Below, piece after piece: positions 44,362 through 53,347 of a stretch of DNA of 64,000 nucleotides. The notes below the pieces were generated by a model. That model did not search any database and had not been told where the DNA came from. It saw nothing but the letters and a program-made list of their open reading frames with translations. Location of the stretch: positions 1,572 to 65,571 of the forward strand of contig JAQTOP010000008.1 in assembly GCA_028713285.1 (NCBI GenBank). The letters run 5' to 3'. This DNA comes from Terrimicrobiaceae bacterium. Lineage in GTDB: Bacteria > Verrucomicrobiota > Verrucomicrobiia > Chthoniobacterales > JAATET01. Both the position numbers and the translations under genes were made by a program. Each line of letters opens with the position of its first letter. The stretch's first letter is position 1.

Positions 44362-46173
44362 CTAGGCCACCTTCCCCGCGGCCCGCTTGCGCATGTTCGC
44401 ATCGAGAATTTTCTTACGCAGCCGCAGCGATTTCGGCGTGGCCTCGACGTATTCGTCGGGCGCGATGTATTCGAGCGAGCGCTCGAGGCTCATGACGAGC
44501 GGAGGCGCGAGCGAGATGCCTTTGCCATCGCCCTGCGAGCGCATGTTCGTGAGCTTCTTCGCCTTGCAGGGGTTCACAGGCATGTCGTCGGTGCGGGCAT
44601 TCTCCCCCACGATCATGCCTTCGTAGATTTCCTCCTGCGGCCCGATGAAGAGGCGGCCGCGTTCCTGGATCGTGTCGAGCGCGTAAGCCATGCTGGTGCC
44701 GCCCTCCATGGAAACGAGCACGCCGCGGCCCCGGCTGGGAATGTCGCCCTTGTGCGGACCGTATTCCTTGAAAAGATGCGAGGCAATGCCGTGGCCCTTC
44801 GTCACGTTCACGAGTTCCGTCTCGAAACCAATCAAGCCGCGCGTCGGGATCGCCGCCTCGACAAGGACGCTGTGCGGATTGTGCTCCATGCTCGTAATCT
44901 CGGCCTTGCGGGTGGCGAGCGATTGCAGAATGTCGCCCAGGTTCTCCGGCGGCACGTCCACGTAAAGTGTCTCGATGGGCTCGACGAGATTTCCCGCCTC
45001 GTCCCGCTTGAAGATCACTTCCGGCCGCGAAACAAGGATCTCGAAACCCTCGCGGCGCATCTGCTCGACGAGCACGGCGATCTGCATTTCACCGCGCGCC
45101 TTCACGTCGAATTGCGCGGCGTTGTCCGTGTCGGAAACGAGGATCGATACGTTGGTGCGCGTCTCGCGGGTGAGGCGATCGCGAATCTGGCGCGCCGTCA
45201 GCAGCTTGCCCTCGCGGCCCGCGAGCGGTCCGTCGTTCACGCAAATTTTCATCGCGATGGTCGGCGGATCGATATCGACGAAGGGCAACCCCTCGCGCTC
45301 TTCGCTATCGACGAGCGTCTCGCCGATGAAAACATCTTCAAATCCCGTGATGCCCACGATGTCGCCCGCGCCGGCGGACTCGACCTGGACCTTTTCAAGG
45401 CCTTCGTGACTGAAGAGCGCCGTGACGTTCGCCCGCTTTTTGCCGCCGTCCTTGTTGATGCAGACCAGGCTCTGGCCGACCTTCACGGAGCCGCTGATGA
45501 TGCGTCCGTAGGCGATGCGGCCGAGATAATCGCTGTAGTCGAGGTTCGAAACGAGAAACTGGAAGAAATCCTGATCGGCCTTCGGCGGCGGCGGGATGTG
45601 CTGCACGATGGCCTCGTAAAGCGGCTCCATCGTGTCGCTCGGGTCGGTGAGTTCCTTCTTTGCGTAGCCCTGCTTGGCGCTCGCGTAAATGTGCGGGAAA
45701 TCGAGCTGTTCGTCGGTCGCATTGAGTTCGAGGAAGAGCTCAAAAACCATGTCGAGCACCTTGTGTGGACGGGCGTTTTCGCGGTCGATCTTGTTGATCA
45801 CGACGATGGGCTTGAGGCCGTTTTCCATCGCCTTGCGCAGCACGAACTTCGTCTGCGCCTGCGGCCCGTCGTGCGAATCGACGACCAGCAGCACGCCATC
45901 GACCATTTTCATGATCCGCTCGACCTCGCCGCCAAAATCGGCGTGGCCCGGGGTATCGACGATGTTTACGTGGTAATTCTTCCAGCGGAAGGCGGCGTTC
46001 TTGGCGCGGATGGTGATGCCCTTCTCCTTCTCGAGATCCATCGAGTCCATCATGCGCTCGTCCGTCTTCTGGTTCGCGCGGAAGGTGCCGGCCTGCTTGA
46101 GCAACTGGTCCACGAGCGTCGTCTTGCCGTGGTCCACGTGTGCGATGATGGCGATGTTGCGAATGTTATCCAT
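44362..46173 (-). CDS. typA: Translational GTPase TypA/BipA
   Basis: [46 protein letters not shown]. 603 aa, full length. Confidence 0.95.
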   Translation of the reverse strand: MDNIRNIAIIAHVDHGKTTLVDQLLKQAGTFRANQKTDERMMDSMDLEKEKGITIRAKNAAFRWKNYHVNIVDTPGHADFGGEVERIMKMVDGVLLVVDSHDGPQAQTKFVLRKAMENGLKPIVVINKIDRENARPHKVLDMVFELFLELNATDEQLDFPHIYASAKQGYAKKELTDPSDTMEPLYEAIVQHIPPPPKADQDFFQFLVSNLDYSDYLGRIAYGRIISGSVKVGQSLVCINKDGGKKRANVTALFSHEGLEKVQVESAGAGDIVGITGFEDVFIGETLVDSEEREGLPFVDIDPPTIAMKICVNDGPLAGREGKLLTARQIRDRLTRETRTNVSILVSDTDNAAQFDVKARGEMQIAVLVEQMRREGFEILVSRPEVIFKRDEAGNLVEPIETLYVDVPPENLGDILQSLATRKAEITSMEHNPHSVLVEAAIPTRGLIGFETELVNVTKGHGIASHLFKEYGPHKGDIPSRGRGVLVSMEGGTSMAYALDTIQERGRLFIGPQEEIYEGMIVGENARTDDMPVNPCKAKKLTNMRSQGDGKGISLAPPLVMSLERSLEYIAPDEYVEATPKSLRLRKKILDANMRKRAAGKVA

Positions 46174-46301
46174 AGTCCCGCCCCGAAAAGCGGACGCGCA
46201 CTATGTCGGCGGTTCCCCGGCGTGTCAATGGGGGCTCCGAATATACCGCGACGTCCTTCATTCGATCAGCGGTCGCGAACGACTTGCCACCCGCCCCGGC
46301 A

Positions 46302-47006
46302 TCAAGCAACACCGGACGATTCGCGTGCGTTTCGTCGGAGGCGTCGAATGAGAAACGCTCCGCACGCTGCGGAAAGCGCCAGGGCCGTGGCGTCCAGTTC
46401 CGGCACGGCCTGGATGTTGTCCACGCCCAGATGGGAGGCAATCGGGTCGCCGTTCAGGTTCGTCGCCCCCACCTCATTGATGATCCGCAGTTCGGCTTCG
46501 CCATTCGTGAAGAACGCGCTGAAGCTGGAAGGGCCGCCGATAGCCGTAAGCGACTCCGGCGTGATCGAAAAAACCGCGCGGTGCCAGCTCGCATCCGCAG
46601 GGAGATCGAAACCCTCCGAGAGATAGCCTGGCGAACTGCCGGAGGTCGTCTGTTTGAACGCAATCCGAATCGTCAGAGTGGTCGCGCCGAGATTTTCCAG
46701 ATCCATGCTGATCCCACTGATTGCCTGTCCGATGTAATCGCCGAGCCACTGGGCGTGATTGAAGACCGTGAGTTTTCCCCCGGCCCCGCTCCCATTCGCA
46801 GTGATATCGAGGAAGTGGTCCCCAATCCCGTCGGGTCCCCCGGTCGAGAGGATCGGTTGCGGAACGACGCCGCCATTCGCCCAGCTCAGCGTCGTGCCGG
46901 TTTCGAAGGTGTCGATTTGGCCGGGAGTGACCGCAGAGCCGACGCGAAGCGGTCCGCCGAACAGGCAGAAGACGAGCAGAGCCAGAGCCCGGATTTGGAA
47001 ATTCAT
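46302..47006 (-). CDS. Secreted protein with a PEP-CTERM-like C-terminal sorting signal
   Basis: N-terminal signal MNFQIRALALLVFCLFGG. The C-terminus VPELDATALALSAACGAFLIRRLRRN is a PE motif, a hydrophobic helix and an Arg cluster. It differs from the canonical signal in having PEL rather than PEP and 9 extra residues after the Arg cluster. Confidence 0.5.
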   Translation of the reverse strand: MNFQIRALALLVFCLFGGPLRVGSAVTPGQIDTFETGTTLSWANGGVVPQPILSTGGPDGIGDHFLDITANGSGAGGKLTVFNHAQWLGDYIGQAISGISMDLENLGATTLTIRIAFKQTTSGSSPGYLSEGFDLPADASWHRAVFSITPESLTAIGGPSSFSAFFTNGEAELRIINEVGATNLNGDPIASHLGVDNIQAVPELDATALALSAACGAFLIRRLRRNARESSGVA

Positions 47007-47291
47007 TGGAGAATCAGGCGGGTGAATTCGTCTTCCCGGATATCGCCGCGGCGCCCGCAACGCCACTCAAGGGTTCCCTACCGAATGCCCGACGCGGAGA
47101 CCAGCGAAATCCTCCAATCGTCAGGCGGCCCGAATGCGGGTGCCTACTGCATGCAGCAGCAACCCGTCAGGAATGCGAACACGACGAGCAGGACAAGGTA
47201 TTTCCAAAGCGCGGACACCGCGCGAATCTTCCCGCGCGGCGGACCCGAGTAAAGCGGAGAATTTGTCGCGCGATATGCTACGTTTCGCATC

Positions 47292-48173
47292 ATGTTCCGG
47301 CCATTCCTTCTCTTCGCCTCGCTGATGCTTTGCGTCCCGGCCGCCCTCGGCGCGCAGCTCCCGCTCAACAGGACGTTCAAGGGCCAGGCGAGATTCCAGC
47401 GGCTCGTCGCGCAGGCGCAATCGGAGAACTGGCGCGCGCTGCCCATCGGCGAGCGCACCGCGCGCGTGGGCATGGCGCTGCTCGGTACGCCCTACGCGAA
47501 CTACACACTCGAAATCGACGATCACATCGAGGCGCCGAGCGTGAACCTCAACGGGCTCGACTGCTGGACCTTCTACGAGACTTCGCTCGCATTCGCCCGC
47601 ATGATCAAGCAAAAGCCCGTCGGCGCGACGCCGGAGGACCTGCTGTCATTCATCGAGCTCGAGCGCTACCGCGGCGGGCATTGCACGGGCGGCTACCTGT
47701 CGCGCATGCACTTCCTCGAGGAGGTTTTTTCCGACAACTCGCGCCGCGGCCTCGCCGTGAACCCCACGCAGGATCTCGGCGGCGTTCCCATCCGGCGCAA
47801 CATCACGGAAATGACCTCCGCGTGGCGCAGCTATCGCTACCTCGTCCACAACCCCGGCCTGCTGCCCGGAATGGCGGCGATTCAAGACCGCGTCTCCGCG
47901 CTGCCCGTCTATTACATTCCAAAGGCGAAGGTTCCGGCGACCGAGAAATCCCTGCGCACCGGCGATGTCGTCGCGATCGTCTCGGCGGATCGCTCGGGCT
48001 ACACCTCGCATGTCGGCATGGTGGTGAAGCGACCCGATGGCATGCACTTCATGCACGCCACATCGAGCCGCTCCCGCGGCCATCGCGTGATCCTCGACGA
48101 TCGCATCTCGCAATATCTCAAGCGATCGAGCGACCACATCGGCATCATCGTCTATCGGCCGCTGGATGCATGA
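47292..48173 (+). CDS. DUF1460-like (amidase-like) exported protein
   Basis: Signal peptide MFRPFLLFASLMLCVPAALG. LGTPYANYTLEIDD...VNLNGLDCWTFYETSLAFARM resembles the DUF1460 core as I remember it. Confidence 0.55.
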   Translation: MFRPFLLFASLMLCVPAALGAQLPLNRTFKGQARFQRLVAQAQSENWRALPIGERTARVGMALLGTPYANYTLEIDDHIEAPSVNLNGLDCWTFYETSLAFARMIKQKPVGATPEDLLSFIELERYRGGHCTGGYLSRMHFLEEVFSDNSRRGLAVNPTQDLGGVPIRRNITEMTSAWRSYRYLVHNPGLLPGMAAIQDRVSALPVYYIPKAKVPATEKSLRTGDVVAIVSADRSGYTSHVGMVVKRPDGMHFMHATSSRSRGHRVILDDRISQYLKRSSDHIGIIVYRPLDA

Positions 48174-51100
48174 GCGGGCCGGCCGGCGGGACTTCCCGGT
48201 TCCTTCGGCGGTCGGCGAATCCCATGATCACGACGTAAAATACCGGCGTCAGCAGCAACCCGAAGAACGTAACGCCGATCATGCCGGAGAAGACGGCGGT
48301 GCCGAGGGCCTGGCGCATCTCGGCGCCCGCGCCCGTCGCAAGCACCAGCGGAAGCACACCGAGGATGAACGCGAAGGAGGTCATGAGGATCGGTCGAAGG
48401 CGCAGCCGGCAGGCCTCGACGGCGGCGTCGAAGCGGGATTTGCCCTCCTTCACCTGAATCTGTCGCGCGAACTCGACGATAAGAATCGCGTTTTTACACG
48501 AGAGGCCGACGAGAACGATGAAACCGATCTGGGTGAGGATGTTGTTGTCGAGGCCGCGCATCCAGACGCCGGTGATGCCTGCGAGCAGGCACATGGGCAC
48601 GATGAGAATGATCGCGAGCGGAAGGGACCAGCTCTCGTATTGCGCGGCCAGCGTGAGGAAAACGAAGAGCACGCAGAGCGGAAAGATGTAGATCGCCGTG
48701 TTGCCGGCGAGCTTCTGCTGGTAGGCGAGATCGGTCCATTCGAAGGCAAAACCGGCGGGCAGATTCTCCCGGGCAAGCCGCTCGATCGCCTCGATGGCCT
48801 GGCCGGAGCTGAAGCCCGGCACCGTGTCGCCGCTGATATCGGCGGCAGGGTAGAGATTGTAACGAATCACGCGGTCTGGACCGGTCTTTTCCTTGATCTC
48901 CATGAGCGAGCCGAGCGGGACGATGGCGCCGGTCTTGCTGCGGGTCTTGAGGTTCGCAATCGCGGAGGGATCATCCCGAAATCTCGCTTCGGCCTGCGCG
49001 GTGACGCGGTAGGTGCGTCCGAAAAGGTTGAATTCATTGACGAATTGCGAGCCGAGATAAACTTGCAGCGTCTCGAAAATCTCACTCAGCGGGACGCCCA
49101 GCTTCTTGGCCTTCGTGCGGTCGATATCCGCGTAAATCTGAGGGGTCGAAACGCGGAAGGGCGAAAAAACCTGGATGAGTCCGGGCTCCGCGCGCGCCGC
49201 CGCGGAGAGCTTGTCCGCGGCCTGCTGGAGGGCGGCCAGACCGGCGCCGCCGCGATCCTGCACGTCGAGCTTGAAGCCGCCTCCCGTGCCCAGACCGCGC
49301 ACCGGTGGAGGCGGGATGACCACGATCACCGCATCGGGAATCGCGGCGAATTTTTTCCGAAGATCCGCCATGATCGAGACCGCGCTCCTGCCGGCTTTCA
49401 CCCGCTCGTCGAAGGGCTTGAAAGGCGTGAAGACGGCGCCTGCATTCGAGGCGTTGGCCCGGGTTGCACCGGAGAATCCCGCGAAGGCGACGGCGTTGAG
49501 CACGCCCGGCGTCTCCATCGCGAGACGGGTGACCTCCTTGACCACGGCGTCGGTGCGCTCGAGCGCTGCCGCGTCCGGGAGCTGGATCGCAACGATGGCG
49601 TAGCCTTGATCCTGGGCCGGGATGAATCCCGCGGGCACCTGCGAAAATCCGAACCACGCCAGGCCCAGCAGCCCTGCATAGACGATCAGGGCGAGCGCCG
49701 CCCTGCGTACGACGCGGCCGACGTCGGCCGTGTAGCGGCGGGTGGCCCAGTCGAACGCCCGGTTGAATCCGTTAAAGAACCACCCGAACAGGAAATTCCA
49801 GATTCGCGTGAACCAATCGCATCTTGCCTCCCTGGGGCGCAGCAATAATGCGCCCAGCGCCGGACTGAGCGTGAGCGAGACGAAGGCCGAGATGACGGTG
49901 GATACGGCGATCGTGAGGGCGAATTGCTTGTAGAACTGGCCGGTGATTCCTGAGACGAATGCGGTCGGAATGAAGACCGCCGAGAGCACGAGCGCGACCG
50001 AAATGACCGGGCCACCCACCTCGTCCATGGCCTTGAATGCCGCATCGCGCGGGCTCATCCCTTCGTGAATGTGGCGTTCGATATTCTCGACGACGACGAT
50101 GGCGTCATCGACCACGATGCCAATCGCGAGCACGAGGCCAAAGAGCGTGAGATTGTTCAGCGAAAAGCCGAGCGCGGCCATCACGGCGAACGTGCCGATC
50201 AACGAAACGGGGATGGCCACGAGCGGAATGACCGAGGCGCGCCAGCTCTGGAGGAAAACCATGATGACCAGCACCACGAGCAGGATGGCCGCAAAGACGG
50301 TATCCACGACCGCGTGGACGGACTCCTGGATGAAAACGGTCGGGTCGTAGATGATGCGGTATTCGAGGCCGGGCGGAAAATTGACGCTCAGGTCCTTGAT
50401 CGCCCGACGCACGGCCTCCGCGGTCGCGAGCGCGTTCGACCCCGGCCGCTGCTGCACGGCGAGAGCCACGGCCGGCTTGCCGCCGAGATAGCTGTTTACC
50501 GAATAGTCGAGGGCGGCGAGTTCGACGCGCGCCACGTCGCGCACCTTCACGATGCGTCCGTTGTCGCCTGTCTTCACGACCACGTCGGCGAACTGCTCGG
50601 GATCCTTGAGGCGACCCAAGGTGGTGACGGTCAGTTGGAAGGCTCTGCCCTTCGGCACCGGCGGCTGGCCGATCACGCCCGCGGCGACCTGAACGTTTTG
50701 CTCGCTGAGCGCGTTGACGACGTCGGTGGCGGTAAGGTTGAGATTGCTCAGGCGCTCCGGATCGAGCCAGATGCGCATGCTGTATTCGCGCCCGCCAAAA
50801 ACGTTGACCTGGCCGACGCCATCGACCCGGCGCAGTTGATCGCGCACCTGGAGATAGGCGTAGTTGCTGATGTAGAGCTGGTCGTAGCGGTTGTCGGGCG
50901 AGATGAGATGCGCCACGAGAAGGAGATCGGGCGAACTCTTGTCCACCTTCACGCCGATGCGGCGGACGTCCTCGGGGAGACGCGGCTCCGCCACCGCAAC
51001 GCGATTTTGCACGAGGACCTGGGCGGTATCGAGGTTCGTGCCGAGTTTGAAGGTGATCGTGATGTTGAGCTGGCCGTCGGCGGTGGCCTGCGACGACATG

Positions 51101-51336
51101 TAGAGCATGTTCTCCACGCCATTGATCTCCTGCTCGATGGGCGTGGCGACCGTATCGGCGATGACCTCGGGATTCGCGCCGGGATAGGAGGCCGTCACGA
51201 CGATGGTCGGAGGGACGACGTTCGGATACTGCGCAATCGGCAGCGACTGGAACGAGATCGCACCGACGAGAGTGATGACGATCGACAAAACCGCCGCAAA
51301 AATCGGACGGTCGATAAAGAAGTGCGAAAACTTCAT
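48145..51336 (-). CDS. RND multidrug efflux permease (HAE1, AcrB/MexB family)
   Basis: MKFSHFFIDRPIFAAVLSIVITLVGAISFQSLPIAQYPNV is the canonical AcrB N-terminus. 1063 aa with 12-TM architecture. ATGA overlap with the adaptor gene. Confidence 0.95.
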   Translation of the reverse strand: MKFSHFFIDRPIFAAVLSIVITLVGAISFQSLPIAQYPNVVPPTIVVTASYPGANPEVIADTVATPIEQEINGVENMLYMSSQATADGQLNITITFKLGTNLDTAQVLVQNRVAVAEPRLPEDVRRIGVKVDKSSPDLLLVAHLISPDNRYDQLYISNYAYLQVRDQLRRVDGVGQVNVFGGREYSMRIWLDPERLSNLNLTATDVVNALSEQNVQVAAGVIGQPPVPKGRAFQLTVTTLGRLKDPEQFADVVVKTGDNGRIVKVRDVARVELAALDYSVNSYLGGKPAVALAVQQRPGSNALATAEAVRRAIKDLSVNFPPGLEYRIIYDPTVFIQESVHAVVDTVFAAILLVVLVIMVFLQSWRASVIPLVAIPVSLIGTFAVMAALGFSLNNLTLFGLVLAIGIVVDDAIVVVENIERHIHEGMSPRDAAFKAMDEVGGPVISVALVLSAVFIPTAFVSGITGQFYKQFALTIAVSTVISAFVSLTLSPALGALLLRPREARCDWFTRIWNFLFGWFFNGFNRAFDWATRRYTADVGRVVRRAALALIVYAGLLGLAWFGFSQVPAGFIPAQDQGYAIVAIQLPDAAALERTDAVVKEVTRLAMETPGVLNAVAFAGFSGATRANASNAGAVFTPFKPFDERVKAGRSAVSIMADLRKKFAAIPDAVIVVIPPPPVRGLGTGGGFKLDVQDRGGAGLAALQQAADKLSAAARAEPGLIQVFSPFRVSTPQIYADIDRTKAKKLGVPLSEIFETLQVYLGSQFVNEFNLFGRTYRVTAQAEARFRDDPSAIANLKTRSKTGAIVPLGSLMEIKEKTGPDRVIRYNLYPAADISGDTVPGFSSGQAIEAIERLARENLPAGFAFEWTDLAYQQKLAGNTAIYIFPLCVLFVFLTLAAQYESWSLPLAIILIVPMCLLAGITGVWMRGLDNNILTQIGFIVLVGLSCKNAILIVEFARQIQVKEGKSRFDAAVEACRLRLRPILMTSFAFILGVLPLVLATGAGAEMRQALGTAVFSGMIGVTFFGLLLTPVFYVVIMGFADRRRNREVPPAGPLMHPAADRR

Positions 51337-52499
51337 GCGCCCGTCCGGCTGTCCGTCGTCTCATCGGGCCTGGCATCCACCTGCGCGCCGGGGCGCACCC
51401 GCTGCAAGCCGCGCGTAATGACGCGCTCGCCCTTGCGGAGACCGTCGCGAATCACTCGCAGGCCATCCGACAGCGGCCCCAGGGCGACCTTGCGATAGTC
51501 CACCGAACCGTCGGGCTTCACGACGTTCACGAATTTGTTGGATTGATCGGTGACGATCGCCTGATCGGGAACGAGGACCGCCTCATATTTCCCGCTGCCC
51601 TGGAGCCGAACGCGGGCGAACATGCCGGGCGTCAGTTGGAGATCCTTGTTCGGAAACACCGCCCGCCCCTGGATCGTCGAAGTCTGCTCATCCAGCGCAT
51701 TTTCCATGAAATCCATCCGACCCTGCCGCCGAAAGGTGTCTTCATCCGCGAGCTGGAGTTCGACGGGATTTGCCGCCGTGCGCGAGCTGGGCAGCTTGCC
51801 CTCGCGGTCCAGCCGCTGATATTTCAAATAGGCCCGCTCGTCGGCCTCGAAGTAACAATAGATCGGGTCGAGCGAAACGATCGTCGTCAGCAGGGTGGTG
51901 TCGGTGCCGTCGCCCCCGCTGATCAGGTTGCCCTCGGTGACGAGCTTGCGGCTGATTCTTCCGGAAATCGGCGCGTGCAGGTTGGTGAAGTCCAGGTTGA
52001 GCTTTGCTTCGTCGTAGTCCGCCTTTGCGGCCAGGTAGGCGGCCTGGGCCTGGATCAGTTCATTCCGGCGGGAATCGATCTCCTCCTGCGCGATTACCCT
52101 GTCGGCGGCAAGCTTCACCGTGCGCTGGTCGTTGAGCTGCGCGAGCTTGAGCTTCGCATCCGCCTGCTTGAGGTCCGCTTCCGCCCGATTGAACTTCGCC
52201 ACGTAGGGCCGCGGATCGATGACAAAGAGCAAATCGCCCTGCTTGACGATCTGGCCATCCTTGAAGTGCGTGGACTCGAGGAAGCCGCTCACCCGGGCGC
52301 GCACTTCCACGCGATCCGGCGCTGCGAGGCGGCCCGTGTATTCGTCCCACTCGACGATTTCCTTCGCGACTGCCGGGGTCACAAAAACCACCGGTTTCGA
52401 AGCGGGCGGGGCGGTCGGCTTCTGCCGGCAACCAGTCAGTCCCTGCCCGACCGCCAGCAAAGCGGCGTACCATAAAAACATACGAAGTTTTCCCGTCAC
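51333..52499 (-). CDS. RND efflux periplasmic adaptor (MFP, AcrA/MexA family) lipoprotein
   Basis: Lipobox LTGC after a signal peptide. VRARVSGFLESTHFKDGQIVKQGDLLFVIDPRPY is the lipoyl/hairpin pattern. GTG start at 52499, or ATG at 52481. Confidence 0.9.
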   Translation of the reverse strand: MTGKLRMFLWYAALLAVGQGLTGCRQKPTAPPASKPVVFVTPAVAKEIVEWDEYTGRLAAPDRVEVRARVSGFLESTHFKDGQIVKQGDLLFVIDPRPYVAKFNRAEADLKQADAKLKLAQLNDQRTVKLAADRVIAQEEIDSRRNELIQAQAAYLAAKADYDEAKLNLDFTNLHAPISGRISRKLVTEGNLISGGDGTDTTLLTTIVSLDPIYCYFEADERAYLKYQRLDREGKLPSSRTAANPVELQLADEDTFRRQGRMDFMENALDEQTSTIQGRAVFPNKDLQLTPGMFARVRLQGSGKYEAVLVPDQAIVTDQSNKFVNVVKPDGSVDYRKVALGPLSDGLRVIRDGLRKGERVITRGLQRVRPGAQVDARPDETTDSRTGA

Positions 52500-52623
52500 G
52501 CGGCGGAAACCTAGCCTCTTGTTCGATGTTCGTCAAACGACCTTCCGATGGCCCGCCGCAGCCCAATGGCAGGCGGCGGACTATTTGCCGGCGGCCGAGA
52601 GTTTTTCTTGACGTGGAAACAGC

Positions 52624-52660
52624 AAAGTGGTGAAAAGTGGGGCCAAGTGGAGGTTAGTGG
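52624..52660 (+). promoter_or_regulatory. Putative MraZ operator: four direct AGTGG repeats with exact 10-bp phasing
   Basis: AGTGG occurs at 52626-52630, 52636-52640, 52646-52650 and 52656-52660 (aaAGTGG tgaaaAGTGG ggccaAGTGG aggttAGTGG). The last repeat ends 20 nt upstream of the mraZ ATG, and tatata follows at 52661-52666. Phased GTGG-containing repeats are the known MraZ binding architecture. Confidence 0.6.
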
Positions 52661-52680
52661 TATATAGACCCTAAATCCGA

Positions 52681-53136
52681 ATGCCGAGGGAATCAACAAA
52701 CGGAACGATTTACGCGGGCGCATTCCATCGCACGATGGACGCGAAGAATCGTGTCACGATTCCTTCCGAATGGCTCGGCGACGGGAAGGAGGCATTCTTT
52801 GTCCTGCCCGCGCGGACGAATCTCAGCGTGATGCCGGAGCAGGAACTCTCCAGGCAGGAGGACGAACTGCGCCAGATGCTGCCTGCCGGCACCGTGCGGC
52901 AGGAGGCATTGCGCCGGATTTACAGCTCCGCGCGGCGCGTCGAGCCCGACAAGCAGGGACGGATCCTGCTGCCCGACGAACTTTGCAAAAAGATCGAGCT
53001 GAGCGGCGACGTGGCGTTCGTCGGCGTGAAAAGCCGTTTTGAAATCTGGAGCGCGGCGAAATGGTCGATCGTCGCCGGGCAGGAACCGCAGCTCTCCGAC
53101 GAGGCGCGCGAGGCGCTCGAGGCTTTGGGACTATGA
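52681..53136 (+). CDS. mraZ: Transcriptional regulator MraZ
   Basis: FHRTMDAKNRVTIPSEW and a second half VEPDKQGRILLPDELC give the duplicated DxxxR(I/V)xxP SpoVT-AbrB motifs. First gene of the dcw cluster. Confidence 0.9.
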   Translation: MPRESTNGTIYAGAFHRTMDAKNRVTIPSEWLGDGKEAFFVLPARTNLSVMPEQELSRQEDELRQMLPAGTVRQEALRRIYSSARRVEPDKQGRILLPDELCKKIELSGDVAFVGVKSRFEIWSAAKWSIVAGQEPQLSDEAREALEALGL

Positions 53137-53347
53137 CAATGAAGGATTCCACCGAATGAGGAGACCCGGCCGATGAGCAAAGCCGGTCGCAAGTTCTTCT
53201 GCGGGTTTTCGCCCGCGAAAGATGCGAACGGCCAGCCCGCCGGCGCAGCGATCATTAAACTCAAACCACGCAACGCATATGAACTGCTTGGACTTCGAAG
53301 ACCCGCTCGACCTGCTCTTGGAAAATTCTGAGCCCGCGCCCGGCTGC

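Noticed and set aside
48145-52499. RND pump lacking an adjacent outer-membrane factor and local TetR regulator, considered as a novel two-component efflux system
   Set aside because: MFP-RND pairs that borrow a TolC-like channel encoded elsewhere are common, and absence from this window is not evidence of novelty. Only the shared control region with mraZ is retained, under the MraZ-box finding.
52553-52579. 7-bp GC inverted repeat CCGCCGC-N13-GCGGCGG in the acrA/mraZ divergent region, followed later by gtttttctt
   Set aside because: There is no upstream gene on either strand for it to terminate. The T-run is 22 nt away from the stem, and short GC stems are expected by chance at this composition.
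52608-52666. TTGACG (52608-52613) paired with tatata (52661-52666) as one sigma70 promoter for mraZ
   Set aside because: The two hexamers are 47 nt apart, far beyond the 16-19 nt spacer. They cannot form one promoter, and I cannot decide from sequence which one (if either) is used. The repeats themselves are kept as a finding.
53190-53215. Small hairpin GCGGGttttcgCCCGC between mraZ and rsmH as a possible attenuator or terminator
   Set aside because: The stem is only 5 bp and has no following U-tract. mraZ and rsmH are normally co-transcribed.
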